Source: Oscillospiraceae bacterium (GTDB taxonomy: Bacteria > Bacillota > Clostridia > Oscillospirales > UBA644). From it: 64,000 bases of DNA. The notes below the pieces were generated by a model, which made no database searches, had not been told where the DNA came from, and saw only the letters and a program-made list of their open reading frames with translations. The DNA is taken from contig SVMT01000001.1 in the NCBI GenBank assembly GCA_015067305.1, positions 28,749 through 92,748 of the forward strand, given 5' to 3'. Position 1 is the first letter of the stretch; every line of letters starts with the position of its first letter. Shown here piece after piece: positions 19,286 to 26,278 of the stretch. A program made the translations under genes and the position numbers.

Positions 19286-20338
19286 ATGGGAAACTTAATG
19301 GACATCATCAATGTACCACTTGCGCTGTTGCTGAAGCTGTGCTATATGCTCGTTAACAATTACGGCGTAGCAATCATTCTGTTCGCAGTCCTTACAAAAG
19401 TTCTCCTTTTCCCTCTTGGTATCAAAGGTGAAAAGAGCAGACTACAGCAGGTTGCAATGCAGCCGAAGGTAAACGCACTTCAGCAAAAATTCAAAGGAAA
19501 TACACGTGACCCCAAGTATAACGAGGAACTTCAGGCTCTCTATAATGCAGAAGGATTCAGCCCCTTCGCAGGCTGCCTTCCTCAGCTGATCCAGCTTCCT
19601 ATTATCCTCGGTCTTTGGAATGCTATCAGACAGCCGCTTACATACATCAGCGGTCTGGGTCAGAAAACCCTCTACACCGTAGTTCATACCCTTTATGATA
19701 ACGGTGTTGCGAACATCGTTACGGAACTTGAAAAATATGCCGTAGACGGTGTCCTCGATCCCGATAAAGTCGTTTCTTGGCTTAAATCAAGCGAGATCAG
19801 ACTTGCGACTATCATCGGCGAAGGTTCCAATATGGAACTCCTTTCCGGAGTGCTTCCGGAAGATTTTGAGCTTCTCAATATGAGCTTTTTCGGTCTGAAT
19901 CTGGGCATGAAACCTTCCGATTACGGCTTGCTTGCCCTCACAACACTTATCCCCATTCTTTCAGGTGTTACATCTTTCCTCGGCAGTTTCATTATCCAGA
20001 AGATCAACGGAACTTCCGATAATTCTCAGAACGGTTCTATGAACATGCTTCTTTACACCATGCCTCTTATCTCTATCTGGTTGGGTTATTCCTTCCCCAT
20101 AGGTGTCGGCATTTACTGGATCGCATCCAACCTTCTCAATATGCTCCAGTCTTTAGTTCTCAAGCTTGTTGTGAAACCTGCCGAAAAGGAAGTTAAAAAG
20201 AAAAAAGAAAAGAAGCTTAATTATACTCAAATTGAAAAAATGAAACGCGAGGGAACTTGGACTGACGCCATCGAAGTGTCTGCGGAAGATCAGACAGAAG
20301 TAAAGTCCAAGAGATCCGATAAAAAATCTGGAAAATAA
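19286..20338 (+). CDS. yidC: membrane protein insertase YidC/SpoIIIJ family
   Basis: 350-aa multi-TM ORF in the conserved rnpA-yidD-yidC-jag context, with a lysine-rich C-tail. Confidence 0.88.
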   Translation: MGNLMDIINVPLALLLKLCYMLVNNYGVAIILFAVLTKVLLFPLGIKGEKSRLQQVAMQPKVNALQQKFKGNTRDPKYNEELQALYNAEGFSPFAGCLPQLIQLPIILGLWNAIRQPLTYISGLGQKTLYTVVHTLYDNGVANIVTELEKYAVDGVLDPDKVVSWLKSSEIRLATIIGEGSNMELLSGVLPEDFELLNMSFFGLNLGMKPSDYGLLALTTLIPILSGVTSFLGSFIIQKINGTSDNSQNGSMNMLLYTMPLISIWLGYSFPIGVGIYWIASNLLNMLQSLVLKLVVKPAEKEVKKKKEKKLNYTQIEKMKREGTWTDAIEVSAEDQTEVKSKRSDKKSGK

Positions 20339-20369
20339 TTTTTGCGGATTTAAGAAAGGCGAAATATAA

Positions 20370-21176
20370 ATGGAAAATATTTACACCGGTAAAACCCTTG
20401 AAGCAGCTCTTGCAGCTGCCGAAAAAGAACTTGGCATCAAAAAAGACGAATTTACTTACGAAATTTTGGAATATCCTTCCAAAGGTTTTCTCGGAATCGG
20501 TGCAAAACCATCTAAAATAAAGGTTTTCTATGAAGAATCCCCTGAGAAAATGATCGAAAATTACATCGACGGACTTTTCGCTCTCTGCGGTGTAAGCGGT
20601 TACAAAACCACAATTTCCACCGAAGGCGAATACATCAACGTTCAGGTGGACGGCGAAGAGGCTTCCCTTTTCGTTACAAAACAGTTTGATACAGTCGAAG
20701 CTATGCAGATGCTCATCTCCCTTTCCCTCAACAAGGAAACAGACAAGCACTACAAAGTTTCCCTTAATATCAACGACTACAAAGAAAAGACCAAGATCAG
20801 ACTTGAAGCACTTGCGATGAAGATCGCAGGTCAGGTTGAAAAATCTCACAGAAAAGTAACTCTTAACGCAATGAGTTCTTACCAGAGAAGGATCATCCAT
20901 TCCAAACTCCAGGAAGTTGAAAATATCACAACTTTCTCCGTAGGCGAAGAACCCAACAGAAAGGTCGTCATCGCTTACAACGGCCCCGATGCGGAAAAGA
21001 AGCCCCGCAAATTCACCCCTCCCAACATCTCCGATAAAAAGGGTGATTATAAAAAAGGCGGCAAAAAGGGCGGCAAGCCCCGCGGCGACAGAAAACCCAA
21101 GGAATTCGTTCCCCAGGAAACACCCGCTGACGTAAAACCTTTCTTCCCCATCTATAAGCCCGAAGATAAACAGTAA
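20370..21176 (+). CDS. jag: Jag/KhpB RNA-binding protein (KH + R3H)
   Basis: 268-aa ORF with C-terminal R3H region MSSYQRRIIHSKLQEVENITTFSVGEEPNRKVVI. Follows yidC. Confidence 0.85.
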   Translation: MENIYTGKTLEAALAAAEKELGIKKDEFTYEILEYPSKGFLGIGAKPSKIKVFYEESPEKMIENYIDGLFALCGVSGYKTTISTEGEYINVQVDGEEASLFVTKQFDTVEAMQMLISLSLNKETDKHYKVSLNINDYKEKTKIRLEALAMKIAGQVEKSHRKVTLNAMSSYQRRIIHSKLQEVENITTFSVGEEPNRKVVIAYNGPDAEKKPRKFTPPNISDKKGDYKKGGKKGGKPRGDRKPKEFVPQETPADVKPFFPIYKPEDKQ

Positions 21177-21179
21177 TAC

Positions 21180-21207
21180 AAAAAGGACCTTGAAAAAGGT
21201 CCTTTTT
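21180..21207 (+). terminator. intrinsic terminator after jag
   Basis: AAAAGGACC-TTGAAAA-GGTCCTTTT followed by a T run. Confidence 0.8.
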
Positions 21208-21377
21208 AAATGCAAAGTTCAAAATGCAAAGTGCAGAATTAGGTAATAGAGAAAAAGTTGAGTAGTCAGCCCTGACCCTTAGTTTTTATTCTTTAAGACT
21301 AAAATCTCAAACTGTATTTCACCCTCACCGTCTTTGCGTGGCCATTCATTATTTCCGGAACTGAGTTTGCGGCCTCT

Positions 21378-21426
21378 CCCACCCCTCTCCGCCCTCGCAC
21401 AACGTGCGAGGGCGGAGAGGGGTGGG
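21378..21426. other. GC-rich perfect 22-bp-stem palindrome
   Basis: CCCACCCCTCTCCGCCCTCGCA (21378-21399), loop CAACG, TGCGAGGGCGGAGAGGGGTGGG (21405-21426). No U tract on either strand. Confidence 0.9.
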
Positions 21427-21460
21427 AAAAACTTTATAATCAATATTTCAGAAAAACCGA

Positions 21461-21489
21461 TTGACAATATATATAAAAAATGTTATAAT
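21461..21489 (+). promoter_or_regulatory. consensus promoter ahead of the repeat-containing leader
   Basis: TTGACA 21461-21466, 17-nt spacer, TATAAT 21484-21489. Confidence 0.7.
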
Positions 21490-21509
21490 TATTATAGATC
21501 ATTATTAAG

Positions 21510-21829
21510 AAATTCCCAATGAATTTTAGGGGAAGGGCACAAGAATCTCTCTTGTTTCCAAAAAGGGATCTAACGCAACCATAAAAGTAGTTACCAAATT
21601 ATCAGCGTCAGCTGTCAGACCTTATTTTGTAAATTCCCACCAACGAGTTTTAGGGGAAAGGGCGCGGGGAAACCCCCTTGTTTCCAAAAAGGGATCTAAC
21701 GCAACCATAAAAGTAGTTACCAAATTATCAGCGTCAGCTGTCAGAACTTATTTTATAAATTCCCACCAACGAGTTTTAGGGGAAAGGGCGCGGGGAAACC
21801 CCCTTGTTCCTAAAAGGGGGTTTCCCCGC
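21510..21829 (+). repeat. 2.6 tandem copies of a 121-126-bp unit in the 5' leader of the 21866 gene
   Basis: Units start at 21510, 21631 and 21757 (AAATTCCCA...). Each carries an R1-type core. The last ends in the complete hairpin GCGGGGAAACCCCC-12 nt-GGGGGTTTCCCCGC (21790-21829). Confidence 0.9.
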
Positions 21830-21865
21830 AAATAAATTACTAAACATATACTAAGGAGCATACAT

Positions 21866-23455
21866 ATGAAAGCTTGTATTATACAGCCGCCATACGGTCG
21901 GGAAACGTCATTTTCCGATGAATTTTTTGAGTTTAAGCTGAAAATGCTTGACGAATGTACCGAAGAACTTGACATTATCGTGCTTCCTGAGTACAGCGAC
22001 GTACCATGCGCTACTGAAAATCTTGAAGATACACTGTTCTGGCATGAAAAATATGCGAAAAAACTCCATGAAAAGTGCAAAAGTACAGCAAAAAGATGTA
22101 ATTCTCTCGTCTTTGTCAATGCTTTGAGCAAGGAAAACAGCGGTTACAGAAATACTACTTTCGCTTACGGCAGAAACGGCGAACTGTTGGGAAAATACTT
22201 CAAAAAACACCTTCCGCCCCTTGAACGTGAAGTCCTGAATCTGGATTCCGATTACACTTTTGAGCCGTCCGAGCCGTTTATTCTGGAGATCGAGGGACTC
22301 AGGTACGCTTTTTTGACTTGCTACGACTTCTATTTTTATGAATCTTTTGCAAATATTGCGCGAAATAATGTGGATATCATCATCGGCTGCTCCCTCCAGC
22401 GAAGCGACTACCACGACGCTATCGAGATCATGTGCCGATTTTTGGCGTACAATACCAACGCCTACGTTTTGCGCAGTTCCGTGAGCTTCGATGAAAACAG
22501 CGAAATTTGCGGCGCAAGTATGGCGGTTTCGCCTTACGGCAAGGTCATTGCGAATATGAAAGGGCGTTTCGGCAAGGAAATCGTTGAATTTGACCCAACG
22601 GACAAGCATTTCAAGCCTGCAGGATTCGGAAATCCGCCTGCGGCACACCATGAATACATCGAATACGGCAGAAAACCCTGGCAATATCGTGTTGGCGGCT
22701 CTTCGACCGTGCCTTTTGAGACTGAAATGAAGTACCCACGCATCTGCGCGCACCGAGGTTTCAGCACCGTTGCCCCCGAAAATACAATGCCCGCATTCGG
22801 TGCCGCCATCGGAATGGGCTCTCAGGAGATCGAATTTGACCTTTGGCCCACCAAGGACGGAGAGATCGTTTCCTGCCACGACCAGACTTTGGAACGAGTC
22901 AGCGATGGCGAGGGTAAAATAACGGAAAAAACATATGATGAGCTGAAAAACCTTGATTTCGGCGCTAAATTCGGCGAAAAATTCTCAGGTCTGCGTATAG
23001 TAAAATTCGAAGAAATTCTGAAAAAATTCGGCGGTCAGACCATAATGAATATCCACATCAAGCCCACAGGCAAGAATTACGACAGAAAAATTATGGAAAA
23101 TATCGTAGGTCTTATCCGCAAATACGACTGCGAGCGCCACGTGTATTTCATGCTTGAAGTTGACGAATACATTCCCATGTTCAAGGAATTTGCTCCGAAA
23201 ATTCCCGTTTGCGTAGGTCATGACAGCGACAGACCCTGGGAGATCGTTGACCGAGCTATCAAGTACGGTGCAGAAAAAGTCCAGCTTTTCAAGCCGTTTT
23301 TCAATGAGGAAATGATCAAAAAAGCCCATGAACACGGCATTATTTGCAATGTCTTCTGGGCAGACGACCCCGACGAGGCTCGCCGCTACATCGACATGGG
23401 CATCGACACGATCCTGACAAACGAGTATAACCTTGTTTCTCAGATCCTGAAATGA
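21866..23455 (+). CDS. fusion protein: carbon-nitrogen hydrolase domain + glycerophosphodiester phosphodiesterase domain
   Basis: 529-aa ORF. The N-terminal half resembles nitrilase-superfamily proteins (IVLPEYS..., LTCYDFYF). The C-terminal half has GDPD motifs ICAHRGFSTVAPENTMPAF and EIEFDLWPTKDGEIVSCHD. Confidence 0.7.
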   Translation: MKACIIQPPYGRETSFSDEFFEFKLKMLDECTEELDIIVLPEYSDVPCATENLEDTLFWHEKYAKKLHEKCKSTAKRCNSLVFVNALSKENSGYRNTTFAYGRNGELLGKYFKKHLPPLEREVLNLDSDYTFEPSEPFILEIEGLRYAFLTCYDFYFYESFANIARNNVDIIIGCSLQRSDYHDAIEIMCRFLAYNTNAYVLRSSVSFDENSEICGASMAVSPYGKVIANMKGRFGKEIVEFDPTDKHFKPAGFGNPPAAHHEYIEYGRKPWQYRVGGSSTVPFETEMKYPRICAHRGFSTVAPENTMPAFGAAIGMGSQEIEFDLWPTKDGEIVSCHDQTLERVSDGEGKITEKTYDELKNLDFGAKFGEKFSGLRIVKFEEILKKFGGQTIMNIHIKPTGKNYDRKIMENIVGLIRKYDCERHVYFMLEVDEYIPMFKEFAPKIPVCVGHDSDRPWEIVDRAIKYGAEKVQLFKPFFNEEMIKKAHEHGIICNVFWADDPDEARRYIDMGIDTILTNEYNLVSQILK

Positions 23456-23470
23456 ATTTGATTTTACTGA

Positions 23471-23499
23471 TTGACATTTCTTCAAAAAAGTGCTATAAT
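23471..23499 (+). promoter_or_regulatory. consensus promoter reading into module M135 copy 1
   Basis: TTGACA 23471-23476, 17-nt spacer, TATAAT 23494-23499. Confidence 0.7.
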
Positions 23500-23628
23500 G
23501 ATTATAGAAATTCGAAATTGTATTTCAATAGGGTTGGCTCCATATTAAAGGTGCTTAAACAGCCTGGTTAGTGCTAAAAGAGCCAATCCCATTAAATTTT
23601 CCTTGAAAATTTGTCTATAATCATTATA
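23494..23628. repeat. M135 module copy 1 (15-nt terminal inverted repeats, internal stem-loop)
   Basis: TATAATGATTATAGA (23494-23508) and its exact complement TCTATAATCATTATA (23614-23628). Internal stem AATAGGGTTGGCTC/GAGCCAATCCCATT. An inverted near-identical copy lies at 45772-45912. Confidence 0.85.
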
Positions 23629-23708
23629 ATTAGCTTATAGAAAGTGCAATTAAAGGGTATCAGAACTTATTTTATAAATTCCCCCGCAAAAAAACTCATC
23701 TTAAATTA

Positions 23709-23736
23709 TTCTGCATTCTGCACTTTGCATTTTGCA
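23709..23736. repeat. TGCA heptad array in the mnmE 5' UTR (4 units)
   Basis: TTCTGCA TTCTGCA CTTTGCA TTTTGCA, ending 8 nt before the AAAGGAG RBS. Confidence 0.9.
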
Positions 23737-23753
23737 TTATTAAAGGAGCCATT

Positions 23754-25103
23754 ATGCTTTATTCAGATTCAACTATTTTCGCCCTGTCCACCGCACCTCA
23801 GCGCTCTGCCATCGGCGTCATCCGAGTTTCCGGCAACAAAGCTGTTGAAATTGTGGATAAAATTTTTTCACGCGATATTTCCGCCGCAGAACAGGGACTT
23901 TACCACGGGTTCATTCTTGACGGAACGGACAAAGTCGACGAGGTAATGCTTTCAATATTTCGCGGTCCCAAGAGCTTCACAGGCGAAGATACAGTCGAAA
24001 TTTCCTGCCACGGCGGCGCTGTTGTGATTTCCGCTGTCTGCGAACTTTTGTCCAAAAACGGCGCAGTTCCCGCCAAAAACGGTGAATTTACCCAAAGAGC
24101 TTTCCTTAACGGCAAGCTTGACTTGACCCAAGCCGAAGCAATAATTGACCTTATCGACGCTGAGACCCGCGAAGAGGCTTCAAACGCGGTAAAAACCCTC
24201 GGCGGCGCAATGGCTCAGAAGATTCAAAACATTCGCCAACCCCTCGTTGAACTTTCCGCAAAGCTTTTCGCGTTTATTGATTATCCTGACGACGAGATCG
24301 AGGATACCGAGTACGAAGAGATAAAAAATGCCATAAATAAGGCTATTTCCGACTCCAAAAAGATAATGGAAACCTATTCTTACGGCAGATATGTCCGCGG
24401 CGGTGTCAAGACCGTCATAGCAGGTACTCCAAACGTGGGCAAAAGCAGTCTCCTCAACGCCCTCGCAGGCTATGAACGCTCAATAGTTACCGATATTTCA
24501 GGCACCACCCGTGATGTGGTCGAAGAGACTGTTGTTTTCGGCGGCATGAAACTTGTCCTGACCGATACCGCAGGGATCCGTGCCACAGATGACGTTGTCG
24601 AATCCATCGGCGTGCGTAAATCTTACGAACAGCTCCAGCAGGCTGACCTTATCATCGCAGTTTTCGATTCCTCACGTGAAATGAACGCTGAAGATGTGGA
24701 AATTGTGGAAAACATCAAGAATCTCAACGCTGTGAAGATCGCCGTCGTCAACAAGACTGACATTTCCGATACCTATGAGTACGACCTCAGCGGATTTGAA
24801 AATATCATCAGGATCAGCGCGAAAAACAAGACAGGACTTGAAGAATTGGAGACCCTTATCAAGGAATCCTTTGCTTTCAATGCTCCTGCGGACGGAAGTT
24901 TCATGACCAATGCCCGCCAGTACGACGTTCTTTGCCGTGCCACCGCAAGCCTTGAAAATGCCGTTGCAAACATGGGGATCACCCCAGATGCACTTCTTTA
25001 CGATGTAGAGCAGGCAATTTCCGCCCTCGGCGAATTGACAGGGGAGACCGCCTCCGAAAGCATTCTGCAGAACATTTTTTCCCGCTTCTGCGTAGGCAAA
25101 TGA
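23754..25103 (+). CDS. mnmE: tRNA modification GTPase MnmE
   Basis: 449-aa ORF with G-domain GTPNVGKSSLLNAL and DTAGIR, and C-terminal FCVGK. Confidence 0.95.
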   Translation: MLYSDSTIFALSTAPQRSAIGVIRVSGNKAVEIVDKIFSRDISAAEQGLYHGFILDGTDKVDEVMLSIFRGPKSFTGEDTVEISCHGGAVVISAVCELLSKNGAVPAKNGEFTQRAFLNGKLDLTQAEAIIDLIDAETREEASNAVKTLGGAMAQKIQNIRQPLVELSAKLFAFIDYPDDEIEDTEYEEIKNAINKAISDSKKIMETYSYGRYVRGGVKTVIAGTPNVGKSSLLNALAGYERSIVTDISGTTRDVVEETVVFGGMKLVLTDTAGIRATDDVVESIGVRKSYEQLQQADLIIAVFDSSREMNAEDVEIVENIKNLNAVKIAVVNKTDISDTYEYDLSGFENIIRISAKNKTGLEELETLIKESFAFNAPADGSFMTNARQYDVLCRATASLENAVANMGITPDALLYDVEQAISALGELTGETASESILQNIFSRFCVGK

Positions 25104-25248
25104 TAGGCCTTAGGCCTTAGGTGTTAGGTGTTAGGCCTTAGTGTAAAATAAATTAAAAAAACAGCTACCGCTAATTTTGTTGCGGTAGCTTTTATAATTA
25201 AAAAACTGTAACCTACTAAAACCTAACACCTAAAGCCTAAGCCCTGTG
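25104..25248. terminator. T1 composite bidirectional terminator element
   Basis: The core hairpin AGCTACCGC-10 nt-GCGGTAGCT (25163-25190) has an A run before it and a T run after it. Its conserved arms are CCTTAGTGTAAAAT... and ...TATAATTAAAAAACTGTAACCT. The whole element is flanked by inverted TTAGG/CCTAA heptads. It lies between convergent mnmE and pflA. Confidence 0.8.
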
Positions 25249-25250
25249 GT

Positions 25251-25994
25251 TTAAACCCTAATTTCTTTAATTCCCTTTAGAATCTGTTCCTTTGCCTTGA
25301 TTGCCGCTTCTTGTGAAGTCTGTGGCACCCCGTCCAATGGGTAAGAAATTCCAAGTTCTGCGTATTTGTGAACTCCAAGGGTGTGGTATGGCAGTACATC
25401 CAGCGTTTTCACAGATTTCAAACCCCCGATGAACCGCCCTAGCGCACGCAGATCCTCCGCTTCGTCCGTCCAATTCGGCACTACCACGTGTCTGATGGTC
25501 ATTTTTACACCCTTTTCGCTGACAAATTTCGCAAAATCAAGCACATTTTCATTGCTCATGCCTGTCAGCGCCTTATGTTTTTCGGGGTCAATATGCTTGA
25601 TATCAAGCATCACAAGATCGGTAAATTTGAGCAATTTCTCTGTTTTTTGCAAATTTTCGCTGTTGAATCTGTTGAAAACTATTCCCGAAGTGTCCAAACA
25701 AGTATGAATTCCCGTTTTTTTCGCCTTTTGGAACAGCTCCGTCAGAAAATCTATTTGCAAAAGAGGCTCTCCACCCGTCGCGGTTATGCCCCCTTTGGAA
25801 TAAAACGCCTTATTTTTATTATAAAGCTCTAAAATTTCCTCCGCAGACATCTCCGTTCCGTCGCCGATCTTCCATGTTTCCGGGTTGTGGCAGAATTTAC
25901 AGCGCAAAGGACAGCCCTGAAAAAAGACTACAAGTCTTATCCCGGGGCCGTCCACTGTTCCGAAACTTTCTGTTTGCCTGATGTATCCGTTCAT
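25251..25994 (-). CDS. pflA: pyruvate formate-lyase activating enzyme (radical SAM)
   Basis: 247-aa ORF with GCPLRCKFCHNPETW (CxxxCxxC) and GGITATGGEPL. Confidence 0.92.
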   Translation of the reverse strand: MNGYIRQTESFGTVDGPGIRLVVFFQGCPLRCKFCHNPETWKIGDGTEMSAEEILELYNKNKAFYSKGGITATGGEPLLQIDFLTELFQKAKKTGIHTCLDTSGIVFNRFNSENLQKTEKLLKFTDLVMLDIKHIDPEKHKALTGMSNENVLDFAKFVSEKGVKMTIRHVVVPNWTDEAEDLRALGRFIGGLKSVKTLDVLPYHTLGVHKYAELGISYPLDGVPQTSQEAAIKAKEQILKGIKEIRV

Positions 25995-26020
25995 ACGATT
26001 ACCAAGCTTTCTATTTTACC

Positions 26021-26263
26021 TCAGATGCTGTCGTGGAAAGTTCTCGCAATGACTTCATCCTGCTGTTCTTTGGTCAGTTTTATGAAATTTACCGCATAGC
26101 CGCTGACACGAACTGTCAACTGCGGATATTTTTCAGGGTGTTTCTGCGCGTCAAGAAGAGTTTCCTTTGTGAAAACATTGACATTCAGATGGTGTCCGCC
26201 TTTTTGAACATAGCCGTCCAACAGTGAAACAAGGTTATCTATCTGATCTTTTGTTGCATCCAT
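26021..26263 (-). CDS. stand-alone glycyl-radical domain (C-terminal piece of formate acetyltransferase; GrcA-like)
   Basis: 80-aa ORF: ...[55 protein letters not shown]. Contains the RVSGYAV glycyl-radical motif. Confidence 0.85.
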   Translation of the reverse strand: MDATKDQIDNLVSLLDGYVQKGGHHLNVNVFTKETLLDAQKHPEKYPQLTVRVSGYAVNFIKLTKEQQDEVIARTFHDSI

Positions 26264-26278
26264 TTTTTTTACCGTCCT

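Noticed and set aside
20217-21215. 332-aa minus-strand ORF
   Set aside because: It is antisense to jag and the end of yidC, its translation is low-complexity and Phe-rich, and it crosses the jag terminator.
21279-21522. Mirror-image 62-aa ORFs on both strands (both contain ...PLSALA.RARAERGG...)
   Set aside because: Both are artefacts of translating the 22-bp-arm GC palindrome in either direction.
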